Source: Macrostomum lignano (Eukaryota). From it: a DNA stretch of 64,000 nucleotides. A model generated the notes under the pieces. It was not told where the DNA came from, did not search any database, and saw nothing but the letters and a program-made list of their open reading frames with translations. This document shows, in pieces, positions 11,501 through 29,908 of this stretch (position 1 is the first letter of the stretch; each line of letters starts with the position of its first letter). The stretch lies in NCBI GenBank assembly GCA_002269645.1, contig NIVC01000317.1, positions 124,001 through 188,000 of the forward strand. The letters run 5' to 3'. A program made the translations under genes and the position numbers.

Positions 11501-13021
11501 CAGGTACTGTGACAGACAGGAACAGGTACTGAGACAGACAGGAACAGGTACTGAGACAGACAGGAACAGGTACTGTGACAGACAGGAACAGGTACTGAGA
11601 TAGACAGGATCAGCAGGTACTGAGATAGACAGGAACAGGTACTGAGATAGACAGGATCAGGTACTGAGATAGACAGGAACAGGTACTGAGACAGACAGGA
11701 ACAGGTACTGAGACAGTTAGGAACAGGTACTGAGACAGTTAGGAACAGGTACTGAGACAGTTAGGAACAGGTACTGAGACAGTTAGGAACGGGTACTGAG
11801 ATAGACAGAAACAGGTACTGAGACAGACAGGAACAGGTACTGAGACAGTTAGGAACAGGTACTGAGACAGTTAGGAACAGGTACTGAGATAGACAGGAAC
11901 AGGTACTGAGACAGACAGGAACAGGTACTGAGACAGTTAGGAACAGGTACTGAGACAGTTAGGAACAGGTACTGAGATAGACAGGAACAGGTACTGTGAC
12001 AGACAGTAACAGGTACTGAGATAGACAGAAACAGGTACTGAGACAGACAGACGTTATCATAAAGACAGAAAGACACAAAGAAAACGGTGGACACAAACGG
12101 ACACAATCAATAAGAACAACTGGACAGGCGGACAGAACACACTACCAGAGAAAAATACGATTTGAAGGCTCAAGAGTGATAGATGTGGCATTCACCCACC
12201 CGTTTTCAGCTCACTGCGGAGCTGCAGTCGGTCAACCAGCAGTTATCAACAGTGTCGGATAAGCTTCGCGATGTTCTCAAATATTTCTGTCCGCCGAATT
12301 TTTCCCGGGCCGACACTGATTTCGCGCAGATGCCCGTGTCAGAGCTGGAGGCCTTTCCCACTGAGCCATTCTTTAGAATCTACGAGGAGGGCATCAGTCA
12401 GGTAATTTTGCGTGCCGGTTTTAAACTCATCAATGTACAAGCATGATTTATTAGACTTGACACGTGAAAACTGTGGGATACCAATGCCTATGCTATCGGT
12501 TTTTTCCGTGCTGGAAATCACTTGGGTAACAGATTACGAAAATCTCCAATTAAACAAGCAAGTCACACTTTTGACGCTCGTAAAAGACTACTGAAAGTAT
12601 TATGCCGAATTATTTTCCCCATCTTCTACTATAAGTAGAGTATTCAGTAAAAACCTCGTTATTTTAAATTTTGGACATGCAATTTTCTACTATTTCTACT
12701 GCTAGTAGAATCGAACGAAAATGATTTAATACAGTAAAAGCTTAGAATCATCGAAAACTGTTTTGTTTTGTACATCTGAGTTTTCGACTGCAACATTTCT
12801 TCTTGAAGAACTTCTGTCTCAAAAGTCGTCAAGCTAAATCCTACATTGCATTTCAGCTCATTCGCGAAAGAGTCGAGGAGAAGGAGAAAGAGCTGATGGC
12901 ACTCCGGTCGGCCCTAGCCAGACTCCTCATTGCCGCCGGCTACCTGGAGGCCGGGGCCGACACGCACAGCCAGCTGGTGGACCGGACGCTCATCAAATTC
13001 CTGGCGGAGAAGAACCTCTGA
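5530..13021 (+). CDS. MORC2: MORC2-like GHKL ATPase with CC1 insertion, CW zinc finger and C-terminal coiled coil (956 aa)
   Basis: Exons 5530-5588, 5694-5747, 5840-5874, 6444-7035, 8638-8995, 9772-10269, 10444-11361, 12210-12401, 12857-13021; all GT-AG, phases consistent, 2871 nt. Motifs [76 protein letters not shown] and [15 protein letters not shown] closely follow MORC2. Confidence 0.95.
6020..6360. repeat. About 15-bp minisatellite (ATCTCTAGACACAAT) in MORC2 intron 3
   Basis: Degenerate tandem units. Confidence 0.85.
7297..8402. repeat. 31-bp minisatellite GGCATCTCAGCAACTGCTGTCTGTGAGCCTT in MORC2 intron 4
   Basis: About 35 units. Confidence 0.95.
9110..9760. repeat. 22-bp minisatellite AAGAATCGCCCTCAACCTCACC in MORC2 intron 5
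   Basis: About 29 units running up to the acceptor at 9770-9771. Confidence 0.95.
11420..12050. repeat. 22-bp minisatellite ACAGGTACTGAGACAGACAGGA in MORC2 intron 7
   Basis: About 28 units. Confidence 0.95.
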
Positions 13022-13344
13022 TACATGGGCCATCCGGGTCAATTCAACCGGCTTCTGTTTTTTACCTGTTTTTTTTATTAACACGGTTCCCATCTGCGCG
13101 TCTGTTTGTGACTGTCTCTCTCTTGTTGCAATCTTTTACGTATTTCATGCGACTATTTGGTTTCATTATTTTTAATTTGGCAACCAAAATAGTTAGAATT
13201 TGTTTGTACCGGCTTTTAAGTAGAGGTATTTGCTGGCTTTTGTTGTCTCCGCGGTTGGATGCTGATATTTTTTTACCTGTCTTCTTCTTTGGGCCGAAAT
13301 ATATGGTTGTTCATCTGGTTGTGACAAGATTTTGTAGGGCTCAG

Positions 13345-14140
13345 TGTTGAGATGTGGGGTGAGATTCTGTAGACACGATCTGGTGAGATGCGAGTGAGAG
13401 TTTAGAGTCAATCGGGTGAGATGCGAGTGAGAGTTTGTAGAGTCAGTCGGGTGAGATGCGAGTGAGAGTTTGTAGAGCCAGTCGGGTGAGATGCGAGTGC
13501 GAGTTTGTAGAGTCAGTCGGGTGAGATGCGAGTGAGAGTTTGTAGAGTCAGTCGGGTGAGATGCGAGTGCGAGTTTGTAGAGTCAGTCGGGTGAGATGCG
13601 AGTGAAAGTTTGTAGAGTCAGTCGGGTGAGATGCGAGTGAGAGTTTGTAGAGTCAATCGGGTGAGATGCGAGTGAGAGTTTGTAGAGTCAATCGGTTGAG
13701 ATGCGAGTGAGAATTTGTAGAGTCAGTCGGGTGAGATGCGAGTGAGAGTTTGTAGAGTCAGTCGGGTGAGATGCGAGTGAGAGTTTGTAGAGTCAATCGG
13801 GTGAGATGCGAGTGAGAGTTTGTAGAGTCAATCGGGTGAGATGCGAGTGAGAGTTTAGAGTCAGTCGGTGAGATGCGAGTGAGAGTTTAGAGTCAGTCGG
13901 GTGAGATGCGAGTGCGAGTTTGTAGAGTCAGTCGGGTGAGATGCGAGTGAGAGTTTGTAGAGTCAGTCGGGTGAGATGCGAGTGAGAGTTTAGAGTCAGT
14001 CGGGTGAGATGCGAGTGAGAGTTTAGAGTCAGTCGGGTGAGATGCGAGTGAGAGTTTAGAGTCAGTCGGGTGAGATGCGAGTGAGAGTTTAGAGTCAATC
14101 GGGTGAGATGCGAGTTTGTAGAGTCAATCGGGTGAGATGA
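13345..14140. repeat. 35-bp minisatellite GTGAGATGCGAGTGAGAGTTTGTAGAGTCAGTCGG
   Basis: About 22 units downstream of the MORC2 stop. Confidence 0.95.
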
Positions 14141-15559
14141 GGTATTTTCGGTTTTGTTTGGCTCAAGATTTGCTGCAAGAAAGAAATCTGTTAATATTTT
14201 CGTTGTCTCTCTCCAGGGGTAGTATTTTGTTAATCTGTTTAGGAGTTTTAATCAGCTGCTGTTAATGTCTTTAACTTTGAAGTTCGTACTGCTACTCGCT
14301 GCTGACAGTCGATTCGGGAAAGTAATATATGAAGTGGATTTTATCGGCGCCCTTGTTGATTTTTAAACGACGGTGCCCTCTGAGTCTCCTGCGGTCTCGG
14401 TGTCTCGCTGACTCTCTGGCATATTAGTCTGCAGTTACCAAATTTACCCCAGCTACTATTGCAACCCCCCACCTGACCACGCGACAAGGCAGCTGCCCCT
14501 CCTTTGCATGCCAGTTATCCGCTCCCGAATTTCTCAGCGCAAGCTTCTGTTTGTTGGTGTTGTATACCGTTCGCACCCAGGTTGAATATGTGCCCCAGGG
14601 CTTGCTATAGTTATCATTCATACACCAATCACCATTTCGCAGTCGCATGCCGGGGCGCGCAGGTCTGCATTTATTGTGCTAAGATTCGTAGCTCGTCTGA
14701 CCTGTCCTGTATTCTCGCCTCGGCGTGCGGACCGGCTGTCCCCCCTATTCGATACAATTAATCAATACAAACTTAATATGCTCGAGTGCGAGTTTGCTAA
14801 AAAATCATTTGTTACTTTAAAAAATGCTGAAAATAAATTTGTTTCAATTTGTTCTTTCTTATAACCGAGTGCGATGGAGTTAAGCTAAGTTGGCTGCGGT
14901 TAGTACGCAACTGATAGCTGAATAGGCTAGAAATTTTTGCAATGAGAAAATTGCAGTGAAATTGTGTTGCCACATATAATACTACTGTTACTAAGTAGCC
15001 TAGTAAGATCCTATTTTGTTCAACATAGATTTCTTTGTTTCGACCAGGCTAGACAAAAACCCAGCGTTTAAAACCAATTCTTAGAAATTCCCACATTCCT
15101 AGCTAGAATTTGGTCCGCTTCGAGTCGCAAAGTAGAGTTTTCTACACAAGAAACTACAAAAAAGACTACAAATCAGTTTCAAATTGGCAAAACAAACTAA
15201 AACGTTTACGGACGCTGAGCGCTGAAAGCAGCCTGGCAGAAGCATAGCAAATCCTGCATCTTTTTGTTTGCCTTGGTTGCGAAGGAGCTTCTCGGTAGGC
15301 GAGTCACTTTCTACTATTTCCAGTGAGCTCCGCTAGTGCGCAAATACTGCCTTCCTTCCAGGTACTTTAGAAACGGTTTGCGACTCTGTGCGTGTGACAT
15401 AAATGATACTCGTATTTACCGGTAAAAGGCAAATATTCATTCCATTAGACGCGCAAAATTTTTGGCCTGACGAAGAGCCCAGAGAGGCATGAAACCGATT
15501 TCCATTTCCTAAATACTAAAATTTAAAGCCTTTAAAACTAGCCCTTGGTTTTGGGAGCT

Positions 15560-16420
15560 CACAGTTCTACTGAAGCAGTAAGGTAGCAAGTGGCCATTGA
15601 CACCCATTGGCGGATGACGAAGTGTCCAGAAACCAACCTCCATGCACGGGTTGTCTTTGAGGACACTGGTTTTTTCTTGCTACTTCTTATTTTGCGAGCA
15701 GTTCAGGCCGGAGTTTAACTTTTAATTCTCTGCAGCAGTCGTTTGGGCATGGGCACCACAAAGTTGAAACTATAAGCCGACTTCGGTTCGCAATTTTGCG
15801 CAACGGGTCGGCCGTAATACCTTTACAGCTGTCATAGAATCGCACGAAAGTCAGCAACCACTTGAATTGATCGCGATTCAAGCGTCTCAGGCTTTTGAAA
15901 GCGGAGCGTGCTGTGGAAGTCATCAGTGCACCAGTGGTCATGCAGCCTCTAACTTTGTTCAGGACCATGTAAAAGTGCATCCCTATGAGCTCTCTCATCT
16001 CGTGGGCAGTGCAAACTCTTTAGTGAGGTTGTCAGCGAACTGCCGCTTGCCTCCAGAGTTGGTCCAACCAGCCGGGCATTGAAAGAGCCTAAAGAGAGTT
16101 AGCTCGTCCAGGCAGCTTCGTCCTGCTCCACGTCTTCAGGAACTGAAACTGCCGGACTCAAAGCTGCCTGTCCGATCAATGCAAAATCCGTTGGCGGCTC
16201 CTCGGGACCAGGCTCGATGAAATGCGGTTCAACAGGCTTCTCCGTTTCCTGGAGTTAAAAAAGCATCGGAAGCGTCAACATTGGTCTCTGCATCTTTCAC
16301 CGCCTTGAGTCAACTCATTACCCAAAATACTTCTTCACCCAAACTCTTCATTGAACCCGGCTTCGTAATTGAGAGCTTCATCTTCTTCGCTTTTATCCAA
16401 CATCCGGCGATAATCCATTA
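15560..16420 (-). mobile_element. Degenerate piggyBac-like transposase relic
   Basis: ORF 15998-15687 has LNRDQFKWLLTFVRFYD...ADPLRKI, resembling the piggyBac MSRDRF..LL..LRF.D...D.L.KI segment. Flanking frames are broken by stops; no TTAA/TIR ends were found. Confidence 0.4.
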
Positions 16421-16711
16421 TTTGGATTCTTTTTATAGAGCAATAGTTTGCAATTGAATTAACCGCAGATCCAGATTTTAGACTAACTACGCGTATAGGC
16501 TCAAGCGAGGGAGCAAATACAGAAAAGCACGTGCGTTTGTTAATTTGCTTTCAACCCATACGATTTTACCTCAGCCAAGTCCAAGTCACACCTTATATTT
16601 CAATGCCCCAGAGGGTTTCCACAAAAAACTAGGAACTGATCGTGTACAATTGTGCACCACATAGTCCAGCAAAACCATAGACTGTAGACATAGCTGTTGT
16701 CTATGGTAAGC

Positions 16712-17000
16712 CTAGTGGTTAGAGCATTGTACTCATGACTTGAAGGTCGGGGGTTCGATTCCCGATCCTACTGAAACAATTTGTGTCCTTGAGAAAACTC
16801 TCCATTGCTTGAGTTCACCCAGCTGTAAAATGGGTGCCAGCATTAGCTGGGGTAATTGTGGGTGTGTGTGGCGACCCCCCAGTCCATGGACTGAACAGCC
16901 GTACGCAGCCTTCAGATGCGCCGCGCAATACTCGTAGCTGCGGCTGAGCTTTCGGTTGCACATCTGGCCCAATTGGGGCAGGTGTAATTAATTATTATTA
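16712..17000 (+). mobile_element. tRNA-derived CORE-type SINE with 11-bp target-site duplication
   Basis: A-box-like TAGTGGTTAG (16713), B box GGTTCGATTCC (16752), CORE-like GTGTCCTTGAG...CTGTAAAATGGG (to 16834), AT-rich tail. TSD CTATGGTAAGC at 16701-16711 and 17001-17011. Confidence 0.85.
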
Positions 17001-17444
17001 CTATGGTAAGCGAAAGATATTCATTGTTGATTACGTTGTCCCTTTCTGTCTCTTCTGTATCTGCACGTTCAGTCACGAATATAGGAGTGCCGCTCATTGC
17101 TAACAATGTCTATGGTAAGCAGTGCATGCCATTCTGGCAGGAACGGGGATTATTCGAAACCCGATCAGGCAAGAAGAACCTCCGTTTTTTTAACTCAGCC
17201 AGTGTTTGCTGTGGTCTCAGCTTGGTCCAGCTGATGCTAGTCTCATGCCAGTCTGTTTGCCCGAATCTCCTGATTCCCAAACCCTACGCTACCTATCATA
17301 ACACTCTCCCGAATCTGCCGGTACCATGTACCTATCAAATCCCTGGAGTCCTACAAATTGTTAATCCAAAATTTTGCGCACCTCTTATTCATACAAATTT
17401 GCTGATCTACGATATTTAGATAATTCAATCTATTATTCTCCCTG

Positions 17445-17690
17445 AATCCCACACGAAACTCTCCCCTAAATCCCATATAAAATTCTCCCTAAATCCCATA
17501 TGAAACTCTCCCTGAATCCCATATGAAACTCTCCCTAAATCCCATATGAAACTCTCCCTAAATCCCATATGAAACTCTCCCTAAATCCCATATGAAATTC
17601 TCCCTAAATCCCATATGAAATTCTCCCTGAATCCCATATGAAACTCTCCCTGAATCCCATATGAAACTCTCCCTGAATCCCATATGAAAC
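17445..17690. repeat. 23-bp minisatellite CTCCCTAAATCCCATATGAAACT
   Basis: About 10 units. Confidence 0.9.
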
Positions 17691-18307
17691 TAAAAGTAAA
17701 ACTAAAATAAAATTCTAAATCTCATCTAATCCCATTATAAAATCCTATTTGAAGATCTCAGTAAGTCCCCTACAAATTTTCCTGGACGCGCAGTGCAAAT
17801 TCGCCTTTACTAGCTCGGGGACTTGCACTGTCCATTCGTGCTGGTTTTCAGTCGGCTCGACTCGAAGTCGAAGCGCAACTTTTTCGGAATTACCTTGATT
17901 TACTCGAGAAAGTGAGCTGTACTCGCACCTGCTCAAGAAGTGTCAGGCAGACAAGAAGCTTTAGTTCATGAGTTCGAGGTTAGGAGTACATTGACCGAAG
18001 CGTGTCCCCTACGGCAAGCGGTGTTTTGGAGCCGGGCTGCTCAGTAGTTATTATTGGGATTTGTGTCACACCTGGTATAATGAACATCCAATGGGATTAA
18101 AAATCAGATTAAGCTGCAGTGATATGAAATTAGTAGCTGGCAGTGTTGATGCAAATTGCAAGTGACATTTGGATCAGGACTATCTGGTTTCAGTTAATGG
18201 GGCTGTCTGGGGATTTAAAGTGTCCGTAAAAGACAGTTACACTAAATAAAGTCCGAAATAACAAGGGCTGCATCATATTACTCGTGTCACAGCTAGATTT
18301 ATAAGAG

Positions 18308-18690
18308 CGTCACAATGATTCGTGTCAGATGGAACCGAAGCGTCACAATGATTCGTGTCAGATGGAACCAATGCGGCACAATGATTCGTGTCAGATGGAA
18401 CCGAAGCGTCACAATGATTCGTGTCAGATGGAACCAAAGCGGCACAATGATTCGTGTCAGATGGAACCGAAGCGTCACAATGATTCGTGTCAGATGGAAC
18501 CGAAGCGTCACAATGATTCGTGTCAGATGGAACCAAAGCGTCACAATGATTCGGGTCAGATGGAACCGAAGCGTCACAATGGTTCGTGTCAAATGAGCGT
18601 CACAATGATTCGTGTCAGATGGAACCAATGCGTCACAATGATTCGGGTCAAATGAAACCAAAGCGTCACAATGGTTCGTGTCAAATGGAA
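18308..18690. repeat. 33-bp minisatellite just 3' of the GPCR stop codon
   Basis: Unit CGTCACAATGATTCGTGTCAGATGGAACCGAAG, about 11 copies. Confidence 0.9.
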
Positions 18691-18764
18691 CAGGGCTTCC
18701 ATAGCGATTCGTGTCAACATTCGGTCCATATTGTCCAAAAATCCATCAGCCGATCGAGTCTTCA

Positions 18765-23209
<4,445 letters not shown>

Positions 23210-26058
23210 ATGGCAGCAGAGCAGGCGGGCAGGCAGCAGACACAGATATGAGTTCTGCCAGAGCGCATCCGAATTTCAAGGCTACACTGGCAGTTCTCTC
23301 TCTAGCTTGACGGTGATTCGCCTGTAGAAAGGATTTCCAAGGATTCCCCTAGGGACTCCGCAGCACAGCTGGGATAGCCTCAAACACTGACTGAGGCCAT
23401 TAAAAAGGAAAGTCAGCTATAGATAAGATTCACAAAGCTATTAACAGAAAAAGAAACAAGTCATTGTGAGCCTGAAATCTTATGACTGCTTTGTTTGATT
23501 GAACTTTTCAATACTGGCTCTGCCTCGTGCGATGCATTTGCACTCATCTGCACTCATTAGAACTCATTTAATATTTAGCACTGTATTCATAACCTCACCC
23601 ATGAACTCACTCATGAACTCACTCATGAACTCACTCATGAACTGATTCATGAACTCACTCATGAACTCAGTCTTGAACTCACTCATGAACTCACTCATGA
23701 ACTCCCTCATGAACTCACTCATGAACTCACTCATGAACTCACTCATGAACTCACTCATGAACTCACTCATGAACTCACTCATGAACTCCTTCATGAACTC
23801 ACTTATGAACTCACTCATGAGCTCTATCATGAACTCACTCATGAACTCACTTATAAACTCACTCATGAACTCTATCATGAACTCACTCATGAACTCACTT
23901 ATAAACTCACTCATGAACTCTATCATGAACTCCCTCATGAACTCCCTCATGAACTCCCTCATGAACTCACTCATGAGCTCTATCATGAACTCACTCATGA
24001 ACTCACTCATGAACTCACTCATGAACTCAGTCATGAACTCCCTCATGAACTCACTCATGAACTCACTCATGAACTCCTTCATGAACTCACTTATGAACTC
24101 ACTCATGAGCTCTATCATGAACTCACTCATGAACTCACTTATAAACTCACTCATGAACTCTATCATGAACTCCCTCATGAACTCCCTCATGAACTCCCTC
24201 ATGAACTCACTCATGAGCTCTATCATGAACTCACTCATGAACTCACTCATGAACTCACTCATGAACTCACTCATGAACTCACTCATGAACTCACTCATGA
24301 ACTCACTCATGAACTCACTCATGAACTCCTTCATGAACTCACTTATGAACTCACTCATGAGCTCTATCATGAACTCACTCATGAACTCACTTATAAACTC
24401 ACTCATGAACTCTATCATGAACTCACTCATGAACTCACTTATAAACTCACTCATGAACTCTATCATGAACTCCCTCATGAACTCCCTCATGAACTCCCTC
24501 ATGAACTCACTCATGAGCTCTATCATGAACTCACTCATGAACTCACTCATGAACTCACTCATGAACTCAGTCATGAACTCCCTCATGAACTCACTCATGA
24601 ACTCACTCATGAACTCACTCATGAACTCCTTCATGAACTCACTTATGAACTCACTCATGAGCTCTATCATGAACTCACTCATGAACTCACTTATAAACTC
24701 ACTCATGAACTCATTCATGAACTCCCTCATGAACTCCCTCATGAACTCACTCATGAACTCACTCATGAGCTCTATCATGAACTCACTCATGAACTCACTC
24801 ATGAACTCACTCATGAACTCACTCATGAAGTCCCTCATGAACTCACTCATGAACTCACTCATGAACTCACTCATGAACTCACTCATGAGCTCTATCATGA
24901 ACTCACTCATGAACTCACTCATGAACTCACTCATGAACTCACTCATGAACTCTATCATGAACTCTATCATGAACTCACTCATGAACTCACTTATAAACTC
25001 ACTCATGAACTCTATCATGAACTCCCTCATGAACTCCCTCATGAACTCCCTCATGAACTCACTCATGAGCTCTATCATGAACTCACTCATGAACTCACTC
25101 ATGAACTCAGTCATGAACTCCCTCATGAACTCACTCATGAACTCACTCATGAACTCCTTCATGAACTCACTTATGAACTCACTCATGAGCTCTATCATGA
25201 ACTCACTCATGAACTCACTTATAAACTCACTCATGAACTCATTCATGAACTCCCTCATGAACTCCCTCATGAACTCCCTCATGAACTCACTCATGAGCTC
25301 TATCATGAACTCACTCATGAACTCACTCATGAACTCACTCATGAACTCAGTCATGAACTCCCTCATGAACTCACTCATGAACTCACTCATGAACTCACTC
25401 ATGAACTCACTCATGAGCTCTATCATGAACTCACTCATGAACTCACTCATGAACTCACTCATGAACTCACTCATGAACTCACTTATAAACTCACTCATGA
25501 GGAGAGGAGAGGAGAGAGGAGAGGAGAGGAGAGGAGAGGAGAGGAGAGGAGAGGAGAGGAGAGGAGAGGAGAGGAGAGGAGAGGAGAGGAGAGGAGAGGA
25601 GAGGAGAGGAGAGGAGAGGAGAGGAGAGGAGAGGAGAGGAGAGGAGAGGAGAGGAGAGGAGAGGAGAGGAGAGTAGAGGAGAGGAGAGGAGAGAGGAGAG
25701 GGGAGAGAAGAGGGGAGAAAGCGAGGAGAGGAGAGGATACGAAAGAAGAGGAGAGAGAAGAGGAGAGAGAAGAGGAGAGAGAAGAGGAGAGAGAAGAGGA
25801 TAGAAGATAAGAGAGAAGAGAAGAGAGAGGAGAGAGGAGAGAAAAGAGAAAATAGGACGAAGATATTAGAGAAAGAAGGGAGCTGAGAAGAGACACAAAC
25901 CTTAAGCGGGCCGGATGGCTATTGGGAAGTTTCAAAGAACCCGAGGACCGAGTTTGCCGACCCCTACCCTACCGTCTGTTCAGGAGTTGAAATGCACCGG
26001 TGACTGGCGAAGTGATGCTGCCTGCCTTCCATCTGCAGACCCTGTGCTGGCTGGTTCG

Positions 26059-26247
26059 CAGTGGCGCAACCAGGGGGGGGGCGGGGGGGCGGTCGCCCCC
26101 CCCCTTAGGCGGGGGACCGAAAAAAAATCAAAGGGGGGACCAAGCGAATTTTCGCCAAAAACAGAGCCACCCCTCCGCCGCCCCCCCTCCCGGGACTTTA
26201 CCCTCAGAATCCGCCCCCCCCTTGAAAAATTTCTGGTTGCGCTACTG
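26059..26247. mobile_element. hAT-family MITE
   Basis: 15-bp TIRs CAGTGGCGCAACCAG / CTGGTTGCGCTACTG (1 mismatch) and an 8-bp TSD CTGGTTCG at 26051-26058 and 26248-26255. Confidence 0.9.
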
Positions 26248-29200
26248 CTGGTTCGCATTTTGCCGGTGCTTTTAGACATAATCGCCTTTGAGTGACATTT
26301 ACATGTTGATTGCAAGGTTTCTATTTCTGCTCTTATCCCTCGCCTTAATACTTTTCTTTTTTGTAAATTCTCATTCGTTCGTTTATTTGTCGTAAGTTTG
26401 GCCTTGGAGGTGCATCCCTTTAGCCTTTCATCGCCTCGCCACACCATGCATCGGTTTGCGCGAGTTGCTAACCGCCTTTAGTGCAAGGGGGCTGTTTGGG
26501 CGTTGGCTGTGTTGTGGGTGGTGGGTGTGTTTGGCCGCCACCTTTGTGACTGCTAGAGTTTGCTCACTTTTTAATGTTTTCTTGCACAAAGGAGTACCGT
26601 CCACCGACCTGGGGTGCGTGCGCATCCCCCAGCCTTTCATTGCCTCGCCACACACGATTGTCCTGGCCTCCCTTCACGAAACTCTTGAACTCTTTTATGA
26701 ACTCCCTCATGAACTCCTTCATAACTCCCTCATGAACTTAGTCATGAACTTTTGAACTCAATTATGAACTTTATGAACTCCTGAACTCAGTCATGAACTG
26801 CTGAACTCAGTCATGAACTTTATGAACTCCTGAACTCAGTCATGAACTGCTGAACTCAGTCATGAACTTTATGAACTCCTGAACTCAGTCATGAACTCGT
26901 GAACTCAGTCATAACTCCCTCACGAACTCCCTCATGAACTCAGTCATGAACTCCTGAACTCAGTCATGAACTGCTGAACTCAGTCATGAACTTTATGAAC
27001 TCCTGAACTCAGTCATAACTCCCTCACGAAATCCCTCATGAACTCCCTCATGAACTCCCTCTTGAACTCAGTCATGAACTCACTCATGAACTCCCTCATG
27101 AACTCACTCATGAGCTCTATCATGAACTCACTCATGAACTCACTCATGAACTCACTCATGAACTCCTTCATGAACTCACTTATGAACTCACTCATGAGCT
27201 CTATCATGAACTCACTCATGAACTCACTTATAAACTCACTCATGAACTCATTCATGAACTCCCTCATGAACTCCCTCATGAACTCCCTCATGAACTCACT
27301 CATGAGCTCTATCATGAACTCACTCATGAACTCACTCATGAACTCACTCATGAACTCAGTCATGAAGTCCCTCATGAACTCACTCATGAACTCACTCATG
27401 AACTCACTCATGAACTCACTCATGAGCTCTATCATGAACTCACTCATGAACTCACTCATGAACTCACTCATGAACTCACTCATGAACTCTATCATGAACT
27501 CTATCATGAACTCACTCATGAACTCACTTATAAACTCACTCATGAACTCTATCATGAACTCCCTCATGAACTCCCTCATGAACTCCCTCATGAACTCACT
27601 CATGAGCTCTATCATGAACTCACTCATGAACTCACTCATGAACTCACTCATGAACTCAGTCATGAACTCCCTCATGAACTCACTCATGAACTCACTCATG
27701 AACTCCTTCATGAACTCACTTATGAACTCACTCATGAGCTCTATCATGAACTCACTCATGAACTCACTTATAAACTCACTCATGAACTCATTCATGAACT
27801 CCCTCATGAACTCCCTCATGAACTCCCTCATGAACTCACTCATGAGCTCTATCATGAACTCACTCATGAACTCACTCATGAACTCACTCATGAACTCAGT
27901 CATGAACTCCCTCATGAACTCACTCATGAACTCACTCATGAACTCACTCATGAACTCACTCATGAGCTCTATCATGAACTCACTCATGAACTCACTCATG
28001 AACTCACTCATGAACTCACTCATGAACTCACTCATGAACTCTATCATGAACTCACTCATGAACTCCCTCATGAACTCCCTCATGAACTCCCTCTTGAACT
28101 TCCTCATGAACTCACTCATGAACTCACTCATGAACTCACTCATGAACTCACTCATGAACTCACTCATAAACTCACTCATGAACTCACTCATGAACTCACT
28201 CATGAACTCACTCATGAGCTCTATCATGAACTCACTCATGAACTCACTTATAAACTCACTCATGAACTCTATCATGAACTCACTCATGAACTCACTTATA
28301 AACTCACTCATGAACTCTATCATGAACTCCCTCATGAACTCCCTCATGAACTCCCTCATGAACTCACTCATGAGCTCTATCATGAACTCACTCATGAACT
28401 CACTCATGAACTCACTCATGAACTCAGTCATGAACTCCCTCATGAACTCACTCATGAACTCACTCATGAACTCACTCATGAACTCCTTCATGAACTCACT
28501 TATGAACTCACTCATGAGCTCTATCATGAACTCACTCATGAACTCACTTATAAACTCACTCATGAACTCATTCATGAACTCCCTCATGAACTCCCTCATG
28601 AACTCCCTCATGAACTCACTCATGAGCTCTATCATGAACTCACTCATGAACTCACTCATGAACTCACTCATGAACTCAGTCATGAACTCCCTCATGAACT
28701 CACTCATGAACTCACTCATGAACTCACTCATGAACTCACTCATGAGCTCTATCATGAACTCACTCATGAACTCACTCATGAACTCACTCATGAACTCACT
28801 CATGAACTCACTCATGAACTCTATCATGAACTCACTCATGAACTCACTCATGAACTCACTCATGAGCTCTATCATGAACTCACTCATGAACTCACTCATG
28901 AACTCACTCATGAACTCACTCATGAACTCACTCATGAACTCACTCATGAACTCTATCATGAACTCACTCATGAACTCACTCATGAACTCACTCATGAGCT
29001 CTATCATGAACTCACTCATGAACTCACTCATGAACTCACTCATGAACTCACTCATGAACTCACTCATGAACTCACTCATGAACTCACTCATGAACTCACT
29101 CATGAACTCTATCATGAACTCACTCATGAACTCACTCATGAACTCACTCATGAGCTCTATCATGAACTCACTTATGAACTCACTCATGAACTCACGCATG

Positions 29201-29908
29201 AACTCACTCATGAACTCACTCATGAACTCACTCATGAATTCACTCATGAATTCACTCATGAACTCACGCATGAACTCACTCATGAACTCACTCATGAGCT
29301 CACTTATAAACTCACTCATGAGGAGAGGAGAGGAGAGAGGAGAGGAGAGGAGAGGAGAGGAGAGGAGAGGAGAGGAGAGGAGAGGAGAGGAGAGGAGAGG
29401 AGAGGAGAGGAGAGGAGAGGAGAGGAGAGGAGAGGAGAGGAGAGGAGAGGAGAGGAGAGGAGAGGAGAGGAGAGGAGAGGAGAGGAGAGGAGAGGAGAGG
29501 AGAGGAGAGGAGAGGAGAGGAGAGTAGAGGAGAGGAGAGGAGAGAGGAGAGGGAGAGAAGAGGGGAGAAAGCGAGGAGAGGAGAGGATACGAAAGAAGAG
29601 GAGAGAGAAGAGGAGAGAGAAGAGGAGAGAGAAGAGGAGAGAGAAGAGGATAGAAGATAAGAGAGAAGAGAAGAGAGAGGAGAGAGGAGAGAAAAGAGAA
29701 AATAGGACGAAGATATTAGAGAAAGAAGGGAGCTGAGAAGAGACACAAACCTTAAGCGGGCCGGATGGCTATTGGGAAGTTTCAAAGAACCCGAGGACCG
29801 AGTTTGCCGACCCCTACCCTACCGTCTGTTCAGGAGTTGAAATGCACCGGTGACTGGCGAAGTGATGCTGCCTGCCTTCCATCTGCAGACCCTGTGCTGG
29901 CTGGTTCG

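Noticed and set aside
16712-16775. tRNA gene
   Set aside because: The A and B boxes are followed by a CORE domain, tail and TSD, so it is a SINE head; no complete cloverleaf.
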